A stretch of DNA of 64,000 bases. Origin: Lytechinus pictus (lineage: Eukaryota). Positions 13,522 to 27,557 of this stretch are shown here, in pieces. The notes beneath the pieces were generated by a model, which worked only from the letters and a program-made list of their open reading frames with translations, was not told where the DNA came from and did not search any database. How positions within the stretch are numbered: position 1 is the first letter of the stretch; every line of letters starts with the position of its first letter. A program made the translations under genes and the position numbers. Location: positions 6,078,001-6,142,000 of the forward strand of contig NC_087252.1 in the NCBI RefSeq assembly GCF_037042905.1, given 5' to 3'.

Positions 13522-14606
13522 GAAAAGTTACATAGGTATTTAAGTCATGGACGGAATTTTTTTCCTTGTCAAACTTTCCAGCCTTTGGTCCCCCTCCCTT
13601 TGGGGAAAGATTTCCGCCTATGATTTAAGTGATCATATCAGAGCTAAACCCAGAAAAAAAATCCTAAGAATAAAACAAATAAGAATTTAAGATTAATGTC
13701 TTCGATTTTTAATAATCCTTTTGATTCTTCACTTCTTAAGCATGTTAAAGGTGGTCGCATGAAAGGGAAATATGTCACCCATGCATTGTTGTGTACAAAT
13801 AGGGCAGGCAAGAAACCAAACAGTGCATACTACAGGAAAAACATATAAAGGGGAAGATAAGGAGAGGGAGAAAGGGGGAGAGGGGTGGAGTATAAAAAGT
13901 CGGCTTCCAACACACTTTTACACATTTTTTTTTACTCATTAATTAAAATAAACCTCGTGCATTCCTACTCATAGTGACCATGAAATTATACACATCTGAC
14001 CTTTGTGCTGCGTCTATCTTTGCATTAGACAGCTAAGCAAAACTATGATTGAGTCGACAAACCACCACCTCCCTATGAAGGGAAACTCATGAGCACACTT
14101 CTGTAATTGGAGAAGACTCAAGAACAACACGTTCTCTATATTTATCTTCTCATTTATCTTACCTTCATTCATCTTCATTTATTTTTTTTCCTCTCACCAA
14201 TGGTTAGCATTTTGCTCCCACATGACTGACTGTATATGAAAACTATAACTGGGAACATATTAGCTTTATGACGTGTTCAGATGATTAAGATGGAATATGA
14301 GAAGCTTGATAAATGTTCGTCTGGGCTTCATTTATTTGTTTTCTTTATTGTTTGTATTTTGTAAGCATGTTTAAATCATATTTATGGCTTGATGTGCTCA
14401 TTGACAATATCTTAAACCAACCAATCTCATTATTGTCTTGTAGTTTTTATTTATTCTTAGTTTTGTCCTTGTCTTCTTTTTCATCATTTTCATTATTTGA
14501 TTATTTTGATTTCAATAGCATTGTTTTCATCTCATCCAAAAATCATAATCACTGCCATCATTTTCATCAGTGGTGGTGGTGGTAGTGATAGTGGTATAAG
14601 TTGTAC

Positions 14607-14632
14607 TAGTAGTAGTAGTAGTGGTAGTAGTA

Positions 14633-14666
<34 letters not shown>

Positions 14667-14698
14667 AAGAAGTAGTAGTGGTAGTGGTAGTAGTAGTA

Positions 14699-14781
<83 letters not shown>

Positions 14782-14798
14782 TGTTGTTGTTGTTGTTG
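14607..14798. repeat. (AGT)n microsatellite ending in (GTT)n
   Basis: Direct reading; source of the poly-S, poly-V and poly-Y ORFs. Confidence 0.97.
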
Positions 14799-17700
14799 CT
14801 GTTAGTGTTAGTGATTATCATCAGATATTTTATTTCATATTTCAGTTACATTTTCAATAGGAAAATACATTATTCTTAATAGTTTACTATAATAAAAAAA
14901 AACAAATCTGTAATAATCGAAAGAACATTTCTCGAGGGACTGCATCATTAGTATTAAAGCTACATTCTGCTAAGATGGCATTAATAGCATTCCAGAATCT
15001 TCAGCATTACGGCTAATAATGTAATAATGTAATGCACAGGGAGAAGAAAAGGCAAAAATTCCATCTTGTAACACGATTCGCAAATATGCCCTTGTCAACA
15101 ACGATAGCCATGAAAAGGAAATAAAGCAAAGAATTGGATGAAACGACCTTGATAATGTAATAAGATCCCTTCTGGGTTTTTTAGGCCAGAAATGTGCTGG
15201 GATTCGTGGAGAATGAATCAAAATCGAATTATTGAAAATTTGGGTTGAATGCTGAGCAGATCATGGCGCCGACAGGACCCGAGGCGAAGCGAGGAAATAC
15301 AAACGAGGCGACATCTCCGAGAAAGGAATGAATGGAAAGAGTGGATAGATGAAGATTAATATGGGGAAGGGGTGTAGGTTGGAAGAGAAAGAAGGAGAAT
15401 TACAGTCTTTGTTAACACAATGATACGGGTACTTCCTGGGGTGAAGGAAAGAAAGAATATATATAAAGGTGCACCAGATGAAGGGTTATAAGAAAATTTC
15501 AAGTTTGGTTACTACTAAAGCTTATATTGATAGGAAACAGGTAAGTCAACATTAATTTGGTCAAAACAAAACATGCATGTTGGTTTGATACAATTTTTAT
15601 ACAGTTTAATCAATGTTTTGTTAATATTTACGCATGAGACATGAATTATTCTTTATTCATGGCTAGAATTCGACCCATCATTTGTGTGTTCTCTTTAAAA
15701 CAATAACTGTAACATTCAACTTTTTTGGATAGAAAGGGAGATTTTGGAAAAATGAGCGGAAATAAGGTGAGAAAATTCCAGTGGGTGAATTAGAGAGAAA
15801 AAATTGTATGAGTGTGAAAAGTTGAGCGCTATAAAACCACTAGGGTACAGATTTGATTTTTTTTTGGGGGGGGGTGCTTGAGGGACGTGCACCCAAAAGT
15901 TCAATGGCCAAGAAAAGAAAGTCGAAATTCAAGGAAATAGAATTAAAATATAGCAAATATGTCAAATGAAGAGGAAAGCAGAATGGAACTAGTCCAATTT
16001 CTGTTTGAGGCCTCTTTTTCCAAATCAGGTTTCTTCTGAATACTCCTCGAGAAAGCAGGCATCCTGCATTTTTTTGCAATATATCAATACAATATTCATT
16101 TGACCTAGTTTATAGACAGTGCAAGATAAGATCAAATCTACTCTATATATCTGACTATACTGGTAAGGACATTTATCGAGCTACTTCTACCCGCCACCGA
16201 GCATTTGCCAGACTGGTATCCCGGAGGATGGCCCGTATTTATCTATTAGATACCGGATTGAACTGGGAACAAACAGAGTTCAATTTACGTATTTATAAAA
16301 TAAACGAGCTGGTGTGAGGCCAGCGCGTAGTCGAGTTATTTCACTGAGTTTGTCTCGTTTTTGCCCAGAGGGGGTTCACATCCAAATTACGTTTGTTTTA
16401 CCAAGAGCTAGGGAAGTATGAGAAACGTAGGAGGGCATTTTCGTGTTTAGATCACGTACAACATAATTTTTTCTATAAAAATGTTGGTAAAATCTAGTTT
16501 TTAAATAGGAAGATACATAGGTTTTTGTTAACGATGAAAATAAAGGAATAAGTAACATCGCCCAGTGCCGATTGGAAAGGACATCATTTTTTTTCAATGA
16601 TTAGCCCAAGCAAACCCTTTTTCTAAACAAAACGTTTATTTTACAAGCACCAGGAAAACCATAACATCATCAATAACAACAACAGCATCATCAGTTTAGA
16701 TTATGCAATAAACTTCATATGAAATCTCAGAACAAAATTTACTTGCAAGTTTATCCTATAAATCTAAGCCAAGCCTTAATGATCTAAATACAGTTAACTA
16801 TGGTTATGTTACGGAACAACCCCTAACGATGTAAAAATTATAACGGATTGAAAAATATAGAAACCCTTCCACAAACAATATTATAAAAAGCTTATACAAT
16901 CGATTAATATAAATGTGACTTCATCTTTCCATCATTTTTTTTTAGAAGCCCGAGTCCTTGACTAACTTGGTTTTCGCCCCCGATCAGTTATCGTATGCAA
17001 TTCTTTACAACCCCAAAACCTGATTTCGTTGTCTTCGTAAAATTGATTATTTTTTCTGCTAGCAAGGTAATGTGGACATGGTGAAACTAATCAAATTGGA
17101 CAATCGCAACTGATTTTCTTGTGAATATTTGACCTTGCTTATACATAAGACTATGTCAACTATTGCCAACGGATAACTTGAATCAAACATCTCTTTATTA
17201 GCAATGACGCATAAACCCTATCTTTGAAAAACATATAAATGATAAATGTGGTTTTTCCAGTCTCAATCAAAAAATTTCTTATTACACCTGGTAGAATTCC
17301 TGGTAAACAAAAAAAGGATCAAAACAGCGCCCGCTGGCAATTCAAATGAATTATATTTCAATTACTACCCTACCCACCTGGATTTAGAGTTTCACTTTGT
17401 GACCTATTTTAATTCAAGATAGTTTGAATAGTCGTATTGTGGTACGTGGTTTGCCAAAATTGCGTTTCTTGTTTGTTCTTAGACACGATAGTCCCCTAAA
17501 AGAATGAGACATATGCTGAAGATGATTTAGTGATTTATTTTCTTTAGATTTTGATTATTATTATTTTTTTCTTTTTGGGGATTGCTTCTACATTTTCAGA
17601 ATTCAAGTCACCAATAAATAGCATGCATTCCAGTGAGTGTAACATGTAAAATTAAACATACGATTTTATTCAGTATACATACAAAATAACTTTGTGGGTC

Positions 17701-19879
17701 CAATCCGTTATAACGCATTAAAATTAATCAAATACTAGAAACAGTAGAGATTTATTTACCCACTGACATTTTATTTTCTGAAGCAATACCTACTGGCGTT
17801 TTGTTCATAATATTCGTTATTCCTACTATTTCACAATCAAAGGATTGTCGTTCCCTGAAACATATATCAGATCGATGACATTCAGCATGTTTCGAACTAA
17901 CGCTTTAGACCAAAAAAGGGAAACCCGAAGTTATCAACAACATTCCCTGGGAAAAACAGATTAATTGCAGAATACAAAAAGTTAATATATTTGTTAAAAC
18001 ATTCTTTGATTAAAAAAGTATTGCTACTTCTTATAAAGTCACCTTTCTACGAGCATAGTGATTATATTTGTATAGACTTTCTACGGACTATATTTGATCA
18101 TTTTACTTATCATTTATTTATTATTCAGTTTATTCAATTATTTATATATCTATTCATTTATTTATCTAGTTAATTATAAACATATACAAATTTACTTATT
18201 CATTCATTTGTATATTTATCATCATTAATTTACTTATTTACATTAAGTTTCCAAAAATCAATAAAGTCGGCCTACGCTTTATAATAAATCAATTTCAATT
18301 ATTTCAATTAAGAAAATACATTATCTGAATGAAATTTGCTGATGTTTACAAGTACTAGAAAACATATTTCTTACATTAACCTTATCTTCTGTTACATTTA
18401 CATTATGTTATTACTTTTTTTTTTTTTGTGTTTACATTACTTCACAATTTATCTAAATTCCAGTCTAAAATCCCTTCGTTTTAGAGTAATGTATGATCCA
18501 GGGTATTGGGATCGAAATCTTGTCATGCAGAAAAAAAATGATTTGGCTAAAAATAAAATGGACCAATTTTGCTGCGGGCCGAAATTTTCACATCTCATTA
18601 ATCATCAGTAAAGATCAAGACACCTTATCATGTCACTATGATGAATTAATTTCCTTTCATATTGCATGGCCGGAAAATGGACACGGAAAAGGGTATCACG
18701 TGACCATCTTGAATGCTTAATTTCGCAGTCCGGAAATGCTTCTTGAAGATTAATGATGAAAGTTAAGAGTTGCTTAAAATATACATTCAGAGGGTAAAAA
18801 GGAATGAACAGCTATTATGCTGTTGTAACGAAGAGATGCATTTTATATTATGGAGATGACGTGTGATAAAGGTGAAAGGTCAATCGGACTGTAAATTTGA
18901 CCGCCCCCCCCCCCCCCACACACACACACACATGTAAAAACTGCCCTAATCGTTCTGAAATAAGTTAAAACATTGTCTTTTGACTTTTCGGGAATCAAAA
19001 TGGCGTCATGATATTTTTTTTACTAATAACGAACACATATCTGTAATATAATCTTGTTGATATTGAACCATATCATATTGTATCACATATTCATATGATT
19101 TTTTTTACAAGTTTTCTTATATAAAATTAGAGCATAGCGGAACTGCGCGGGTATAATTATAATTGGTAAACTGTGAGAGTACATTCGTTCTCTACTACAC
19201 CATCAACGGCTATGTCGATTATGTTCAGAAGGCTCGAAAGAATGGACGGTTAGTATTGTTCTGCAATCAATCACTAATGAACAGTTATGCGTTTACAACT
19301 GCGTGAATGTTCACATATTGTCTCGGTTTAGTGCTTTCAATTAAACGGTATTATTCTCGAATGACAGGCAATTGATTTGCATGATTGCCGCGTGATCATT
19401 CACCCATTGTGTTATACGACATTATTGCTTCACATCGTCTGTCAGATTGAATGATGATACGCCATTAATTCAGTTATCAGTAAAGGAAATTGATTTGGAT
19501 GTATCTGCCTCGCTCATAAAGGCATAATGCGGATGATAAATGAATCAAGGAAGTGGTAATAAATGTTTTCCAAAATAGACCATTCGTAGTTTATTATCAT
19601 TAATTTGATTTTATTTTTTCGTTCAATCACCCAGCTCCGCGGATTCCTTGTCAAGCATATGCCAGACTAACATTATCGGACAATGTCGCAAGATTCTCCA
19701 CTTTAGATCGGGGAGTGGGGAATTATATGAGGAATATGACTGTACCTTTTTAAAAGGCAATTGTTGTCTTATATGATTTGGACATCTATTTATTGCTTCC
19801 AATTCTTACCCCCAACCAATCGTTTTTTGCAATGATAGCCGGACATGATGGGCAGTGGCTCAGTGGTATGGCCTACAGC

Positions 19880-20078
19880 CACTTGCGGATCCAGGGGGGC
19901 ACAGCCGGCCCGTGCCCCCCCCCCCCCCCTTTGAGAAGCAAAAATATAATTTGTGGTGTAAAAAATGCAATTGAAAAACATAAGCGTGTCCCCCCCCCCC
20001 CCCTTTGAAAGTGAATACTTTTTTTTTCCTGGGAAAAATGTGCCCCCTCCCTTTTGGAAAATCCTGGATTCGCCCCTG
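19880..20078. mobile_element. hAT-type MITE
   Basis: Perfect 8-bp TSD CCTACAGC (19872-19879, 20079-20086). Imperfect TIR CACTTGCGGATCCAGG ... CCTGGATTCGCCCCTG. Confidence 0.85.
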
Positions 20079-20169
20079 CCTACAGCGTCCAATTAATGAC
20101 CATACCAACGTCCTAGTCTCTGCTTTAGGATTAGTGCATGGATGGTGTTGCGTTCGTGTTGAATCGATA

Positions 20170-20460
20170 TTAGCGATTTTTAGCCACCACTACGCAGACG
20201 TTTTCTTGAACGTTGGGAATCTATTAAAAATGTTCGTCAAATCATAATGTACATATGAGAGGTCATTGTCAAAACTGGTTAACCAGGACAGTAAAATGAT
20301 TCGGAGCTGACGAAAATATGCAAATATGTCGCTTGTCCGCGGTCCAGGACGACTCTGCTGTTTTGATTCACATATTTTCGACGAAGGATGATTTTGTCAT
20401 GAAGGGCTTTTGACAGTAGATTCTTATCGGTAGATGAATCGTCGTCGTATTGGTTGCAAA
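20170..20460 (+). mobile_element. Old imperfect-palindromic interspersed repeat, copy A
   Basis: Collinear similarity to 22068-22355 and 59937-60052 (CGCAGAC...AACGTT..GAATCTATT.A.AATG..GTCAA.TCA.AATG...GG.CATTGTC). Confidence 0.7.
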
Positions 20461-20532
20461 AACTCCCCATTTGCGTTGAATTACTAGAACTAGTAATAAC
20501 TCAATTATGGTCCAGTAGTAGTAGTGCATTAG

Positions 20533-20733
20533 TATCACCATGCTGCACTCAACCCAGGTGAGGTGAATGGGTACCCGGCAGGATTAATTCCTTGAATGCT
20601 TGAGCGCCTATAGGCAGCCCAGCTAAAGCCGGGGTAATAATAGCAGGGCCCGCTGGGAGAACAGTTTTCGGAGCTGAAGTGGCTACCCTGGGTAAATATA
20701 CCGCTATTATTATTATTATTATTATTATTATTA
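20533..20733 (+). mobile_element. 5'-truncated SINE with (ATT)n tail
   Basis: Core CTCAACCCAGGTGAGGTGAATGGGTACC is shared with the tRNA-headed SINE at 50565-50848. The 3' tail is nearly identical to 52904-53052. Ends in (TAT)n. Confidence 0.85.
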
Positions 20734-21427
20734 AGATTAAAATAAAGTATACTTTAAAAGTATACTTCAAAGACTTAAAAACTTTCAGTGAAAGTCAGTG
20801 TCCGACATGTCTAATAAAATACCAATCTAAATAAGAGCTAGGTGAAGTAGTCTGCAGTCGAGGACGGTATTAAAAAAGGAGAGCACAATATGACCCGGTG
20901 TAACTGGCTAACACGTCTAGGCTAATTTGTCACGCCTTAGAAAATAGGTCAGGTAGCTAAATATGGTTGTTGCATCCGTGATGAACCAATTCAACAGCAG
21001 CCGTCATAGGTAATAGAAGGAAAATGAACCTTTTCCGCTAAGCCATAAATGAAGGAAAAACCGAAATTGTCAAAATAATGTTAATTTACAATCAAAGGTC
21101 ACCTTTAATATCGCAAAATGTAACATGGGGTGTCAAGGGTCAGGAGATGAGAAGGGTAAGACAGTGGCTCAAGTTTCTGAGAATTTTACAAGAATCATTA
21201 ATTTTCCAGTATCAAAATAAAAGACCCTATAATCCCGGTGAAATATTTTATTTTCAATTGACAATAAGTAAGATTACTTGATAAAATTATCATATTTTTA
21301 AATACAATAAATAATTGTTGTTAATTAAATTGTGAAGGAATATGATGATCTTACATGAACCAATAATCTTGTATCTTTTTACTATTATCTAACTTACCGA
21401 ACCCCAAAGAAAAATACGAGAACATTT

Positions 21428-21896
21428 GTGACCTACCATCTCAAAAACAACCAATAAGTCGCCAGGTAAGGTTCTCTGTAACTAGTCAAAATAGTAATTT
21501 AGTGTCCAAAAACCAACAATTAGAAAAATAGCTTATCTGAAAGAGCAATTATTCTTCTTCATACTGTAAGAAACTGAAGTCTTGAAGTTGAATAAAAGAA
21601 AAGATACAAGAGTTTCCTGGACACTACTTTTTCGGACTGCTTTCAAGTTTTACTGAGATTACACAGTATGCACATTTCATGCTTAAGTGAACCCCAAACT
21701 TCAAAGCTTGTTTTTTTTAATTAAGCTCTTGCTGAATTTCCTCTGCATTCAATCAAGTACTTGTATTGGTTATTGTTGGTCAATTTTAACATATCATATA
21801 TCATTTGAAAGCTTAGGAAATGAATTTCTCAAGCCCAATAAAAATCTAAATATTAATTTGGGTCGACTTATTGTTGGTTTTGAGGTGGCAGGTTAC
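21428..21896. mobile_element. MITE with 4-bp ATTT TSD (Sola1-like AWWT target)
   Basis: ATTT|GTGACCTACCATCTCAAAAACAACCAATAAGTCG ... CGACTTATTGTTGGTTTTGAGGTGGCAGGTTAC|ATTT; ~35-bp imperfect TIR. Confidence 0.75.
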
Positions 21897-22067
21897 ATTT
21901 ACTATGGTTTCATTGTCGTCAATCTACGCTCATTGACATGTGACGAAATAGCAATCAACATGATCATGGTACGTAAAGATTAATGATGCAGCGTGAATTG
22001 GTGCGTTCACCGTTGACTAGAGATGGTGAAAACATGCCATTACCCATTAAAATCATTGGACAAATTA

Positions 22068-22355
22068 ATAGCGTATTTTAGTATCCCCTTCGCAGACGCC
22101 TTCTACAACGTTCAGAATCTATTGAAAATGCCTGTCAAGTCACAATGAATTATGAGGTCATTGTCGAAAAATGGTGGACCGGGAGAGCACATCGTCTAAG
22201 ATTCGGACCAGACGAAAAATTACAAATATGTGGTTTGTCCAGAGTCTAAGACGACACTGCTGTCTTGATTTACCGATTTTCGACAAAGCTAATTTGGTTT
22301 GAGGGGCTTTTGACAATAGATTTTCTGCGTTAAGGAATGCGTCTGCTAAATTGCA
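22068..22355 (+). mobile_element. Old imperfect-palindromic interspersed repeat, copy B
   Basis: Arms GCAGACGCCTTCTACAACG..GAATCTATTG / CAATAGATTTTCTGCGTTAAGGAATGCGTCTGC. Homologous to copies A and C. Confidence 0.7.
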
Positions 22356-23019
22356 TTATTATGCGCTATTACAAACAGGGCTGAAACTAATCTACTGCCA
22401 ACCACAGTCATGACCCTCAATGCTATCTAGATCTAAGTAGACAATGTCTCCCATTCGCTGTCAACAACCATCTCACTGGTCCTGGATATTTTTAAGCCTT
22501 GTAATTATTTCCAAGTGATAGTAATTTTTTCTTATAATGAAACTTTTCTCTCTTTTTTTAAATTTAACATCGCTTGCTTTTATCTTCTTTCTTCTCTCAT
22601 TTGCAACTGATAAAAAATATTGATCGTTAATCAAGTATCTCTTTTTATTAAAAGAAACTAGGATTAATATTCGATATCTTATATTTATCAGTGTGTTTTA
22701 ATAATTACTGACATAGCCTATGTTTGTATAGCACAAATTAACCGCAGATGATATGAAGTTTATCGTTTGGTCGGATGAGGTGAGAACAGGGTAGTAACTC
22801 GCAAAGAAACAATCTCCTTGATATTTGTTTTCGATCAATTTCTACATAACATCCTTTACCTATTTTCCTCCACCGGCCCGCTTCATCCGTCTGATAATGA
22901 CCCCCTTAACTTAACCCCCCTCCCCCATAAAACAGCTCTCTTTGAAATGTTTCTTCCCTCCCTCCTCTTCCTCGCTCCTACCCAGGGCCTTTTTGCATGA
23001 AGGTTAATATTAAAGTTTC

Positions 23020-23128
23020 TTTGCCATCCAGTGGTAACTACCATGTTAACTACAATGCTCAGCAGCCAATCAAAATCAAGGATTTCATGGCAAACTTACC
23101 ATAACAGTCACTTTGGTGCAACGGGGCC
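23020..23128. mobile_element. Right part of a Harbinger-type MITE related to 28856-29010
   Basis: Shares CTCAGCAGCCAATCAAAATCAAGG with 28924-28947 and ends GCAACGGGGCC|CTG. Confidence 0.6.
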
Positions 23129-25860
23129 CTGATCTTATCTTGTGACGCTCTGTCCATTGTTACACCCCATGCATTTATCCCTTTTCTGAGCACTCTTTCT
23201 ACTTCCACACCCCAGTATATTACCCCTATTTCATGTACTTGTTCATTATCCATACTGTCCCGAAAAGCCCTTCCTACCCGCATTTACGGTTGTGCTTGTA
23301 TAGCACTCTTTGACCACCAGCTCCGATTTCTTACCACATCTTCTTGGAATGACCAATCTTAAGGTCCCTTCTATCCATCATCCTCCCCCCCCCCCCCCAT
23401 ACTATGGGGTCTTTTCGAATAATCCTCTCCTGACCACTTTCTCTTCTTCTTCATCCCTGTATTACCCCTCTTCTTGGCATAATCCTCGTTGAGTACCCTT
23501 CTCCTACAGATCTGACGGGTTAAAGACAGGTTGAATATCTATCCTGGCGTAATTTGAATTTCATGACAATCCATTCTCCTCAAAATTCATCTGAGCGACA
23601 TCGATTGGTAAGTGGGGGGTAGATTCCTTCGATTTTCACCCGTTTCATATGGCACGGCACGACATAAGAAGAGGGTAGTTGATGGTTGAAGGTAGATAGA
23701 TAGCGAACGTGCATGCAGGTGTAGACATTTGTTGTATACAGGGGCGAATGCAAAAGAAGACGGAATATTAAACCAATAACAAATCCATAGAATGAAACTA
23801 ATTACATAAACGCCTGTATAGTTATCAGTTGTTTTCGGACCGGCTTAAATAATAATTTTAAAAGAAGGGGCACTTTGGCAGACGCCCTCTTTGCCCGATA
23901 GGATTCGAGCTCAGTGTCAAACTCGAAATACAATTTTTACACAATTATTTCTAAATAGATTTGATGTTAAACAATACATACCCTACACCAATCGGATATA
24001 CTCCCCCATACCGACGTTTCACGAATTGGTAAACGATATGACGCACGAGACACATACGACTCAAAGTCTTAGAACATATCGAGTGGATTGTCCGGGAGCT
24101 ATATTAAAATCCGCTTTTTTTCCCCCAAAATAATGAAAAATTATATACTGTCACTAAAATATTTATAGAAGAAGGCAAACTTGTGGAAACGAACGTTATT
24201 CCTCGGTTTGATTTCGTATTTGACCGACTTTTGAACCATTTCTCGCTAAAATTCAGCTCGAAGGCATAACGGTAGAGAAATCGATAAATGCAACACCTGG
24301 AAAATAATGTATCAGCGAATCTGACCAACAAGCAATGAATTGTCCATGAACAAAAATGATAATAGGTAAATAATATCCCATGATTTTGATGCTCGATAGG
24401 CAACAATGGTGCAGAATGAAATTCATCAAGTTGAACACGCTCTAAAACAACAGAAATAAAAGGACGGGATAATAGAGAGGTGTTATTTTCTCTGATGGAT
24501 GCAGTTTCATAAAGAACTATATGCATCTAAATATACATTTAAGTACATTTGCGTATCGATTTTCGAATGTTTGTATTTTTTTTCAAAAAATAACTTGGTT
24601 AATATACTTTCTTTTTTCTATTTTCTTTTCATCGGATGTTCTCTATTGAACTCATACATAACTCATAAACTGTAAATTACAATTCCTCAATGATACCAAC
24701 ATTCAGTCGAGTTTATGAAGTACAAAATGCACATAATGGGAGATCCACTGTGGCCTACTCAATGTATGATTTAAAGACCTGTGAATGTTGTTAAATCATC
24801 TTGTAGGGCAACTTAAAAAGATTCGTTCTGAGATCAAGACTAGTCACTGAACCCTCAGGACAGACGACATTACAAATTGAAGGGTTGAAAAACGAGACGC
24901 ACTCGGAAGACACCGATGGCGTTCCATAGTCCACATCAAATCAATACCGGAGTGTAATCCGAGACCCGTCTAGAATCGTCAAGGAATTTGCGAGGGGTTT
25001 TTGGCGGATAAAATTCACGTCGATTCTTAAGTAAACAGGTATTTGGAAGGGTTGGCTGTCTGTGTCGGCAAAACGAAAAAGAAAGGAAAAGTGAGAGAGA
25101 TTGGGAGAAGGATGAAAATGAAGAACAAAAAAGGAGTGTTCATACGTGAATATTTTTACGGTCTAATGCTGCTTGTTTATAATCAACAATATTATTACTC
25201 CTAATGCCGCTAAAGATGGGCATTGTGAAGAATCTACAAAATTAAGCCTGGGTTTTTTTTAACCCAAGCAATCTGATTCTGATTTAAAACGCTTTAAACT
25301 GAAATACGCAAAAAAAACAGTAAAAAAAGGGAGAGAGAACATTAGAGAAAAGAAGATATGCATCACGATAGAGGAATGGAAGAATAAGACAGAGAGACGA
25401 AAGGGGGAAGAATAAATGATGAGAGAGATAAGAGGAGAGACATAGAACATCTACAGGGGTGAATGTGGGGAAGATACAAGAAAAGAAGGAGAGATTGAGC
25501 AAGTCGGGACGAGAGCGAATGAGAGGTTTGAAGAGAGAATGAGAGATCAAAATCACTGAAAAAGATCAAGTGAGGGAGTTTGAGATGAATGTCCTCAGGC
25601 ATTTCTACAAACCACCAAAGAACGTGAAAGCAAAGACAAGAGATGGAATTGCTTTACCTTCGTGTCAGTTGGTAACATAACCTGGACTTAAAACAAAGAT
25701 GCAGGGAAGGAATAATGTGACGCAGGCCTAGCTCTTCAAGAACCATACCATGGATAAAGCTTAGATTTATTGGTAAAGCAAGGCAGGTTACGTTCAGTTG
25801 GACCACCGACTCTTTAACGCTCAAACGAAAAGGCAGAAGAAGAGAAAAAGAATGAGAAAG

Positions 25861-25879
25861 AGTAGTAGTGGGAGTAGTA

Positions 25880-25962
<83 letters not shown>

Positions 25963-26042
25963 TTTAGTAGTAGTAGTAGTAGTAGTAATAGTAGTAGTAG
26001 TTGCAGCAACGGCAGTAGCGGTAGTAGTAGCAGCAGCAGTAT

Positions 26043-26080
<38 letters not shown>

Positions 26081-26157
26081 TAGGAGGAGTAGTAGTAGTA
26101 GTAGTAGTAGTAGAAGTAGTAGTAGTAGTAGTAGTTGTTGTAGTATTAGTAGTAGTT
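25861..26157. repeat. (AGT)n microsatellite with AGC variants
   Basis: Direct reading; explains ORFs 25798-26241. Confidence 0.97.
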
Positions 26158-26172
26158 GCAGCCGTTCATTCT

Positions 26173-26398
26173 GGGGACACGACATTTGTTCAGGCGACAA
26201 TTTCTCTTGGCTTTATTTCGTCTAAGTCGTCTAAGATATAGAGTTAGGGTTAGGGTTGCAATAGGGTTTTATGTTAAGTTTAGGTTAGGCTTAGGGTAGG
26301 GTGCTAATATTTTTAATTCCAGGGTTGAAATTGTTCATTCCATTAGTGTGTGAAATTTACAGCAGAGCAATTGTCGCCGGAGCAAATGTCATAGAACC
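26173..26398 (+). mobile_element. GG...CC MITE with 8-bp TSD (Merlin- or MULE-like) and TTAGGG-like interior
   Basis: TSD TTCATTCT (26165-26172, 26399-26406). TIR GACATTTGTTCAGGCGACAATT / AATTGTCGCCGGAGCAAATGTC. Interior GTTAGGGTTAGGGTT. Confidence 0.85.
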
Positions 26399-26972
26399 TT
26401 CATTCTTGCTGGCGTAAGTTGGAGTATTGTACATTTGCCAATAATAGCAATGATTTTGATATTGCATTTTTCTGACCGACGAGATGTTACAGTGCACCTC
26501 CCAGCTGTGTTTTTTTTATTACACTTATCAAAATATGTAAATTATGTAAAACTTAATTAATTATACGAATGCATTCTTCCCATTCAATTCTACGTCCATC
26601 GCAATCAGCAGTAGATATGAACACAGTCGAATACTAGCACCGACTGTAACAATTCGTTTGATAGAGGTCGCTTGTTAAGAAAACTGAATAATTATGTTTG
26701 CTTTACAATAGACGTAAGAATTATTCCTATCCTATATTAAAAAAATAACATTGTTAACATTCTAGATTCAAAAAAAAAAACAATAAAATGCGCTACGGCT
26801 TACATCCCCCTCCTCCCTTCCTGTGGAAGAAATACGCAAATAATGCTAGTTTAATCAATCACTTAATTGCATTCTAAATCATATTGTTAATGAAATGCTA
26901 TAACTACTTCTACCTCTTTGACTGACGTTTCTTCTACTAGAGTCAATATGAATGTTTATCGACACATATTAA

Positions 26973-27557
26973 AGGAGAATGAAACCCTTGAAACCAGCTG
27001 AATCCATATCAAAGAGAAAAATCAAAGAAACATATTGTTGAAAGTTTGAGGAAGATTGAATGAATAATAAGAAAGTTATGAGCATTTGAATATTGAGATC
27101 ACTAATGCCATGTAGATCCTCCCATTGGCAATGCGACCAAGATCTGTGATGTCACACACGTACAACTCCCTCATTACTTTAGTACTTATTTCCTTTATAT
27201 TCTCACTTTTATAGAGTCTATCACAATGTGAGGTGTTCTCTTTATGAGAGGACAAGTACAGAGGTTTCACAACATTATATCATTGATGAATCGTTTGTCA
27301 TATGATTAGAAATGAGCAAAAAGAGATGTTTTGGGGTATATTTTCAGTGTCCAAAAGGGGAGAGTTGTTCATCTGTGACATCATAGATCTTGGTCGCATT
27401 GCCAATGGGAGGATCTCCATAGCATTAGTGATCTCGACATTCAAATGCTCATAACTCTTCTATTGCTAGTCCTATTTTACTCAAACTTTTGTTGATCTTA
27501 TTCTTTGATTTTTCTGCTTTCACAAAAGCTAACTTGCTCCAAGAGTTTCATTCTCCT
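26973..27557. mobile_element. Intact Kolobok/T2-type MITE
   Basis: TTAA|AGGAGAATGAAAC ... GTTTCATTCTCCT|TTAA (perfect 13-bp TIR, TTAA duplication) plus ~200-bp imperfect inverted arms. Confidence 0.9.

Noticed and set aside
14497..14860. Poly-Ser, poly-Val and poly-Tyr ORFs (also 25798-26241, 49596-50073, 54254-54532)
   Set aside because: Trinucleotide microsatellite read-through.
26240..26305. TTAGGG repeats as a true telomere or fusion site
   Set aside because: Few and degenerate, and enclosed within a TSD-flanked MITE.
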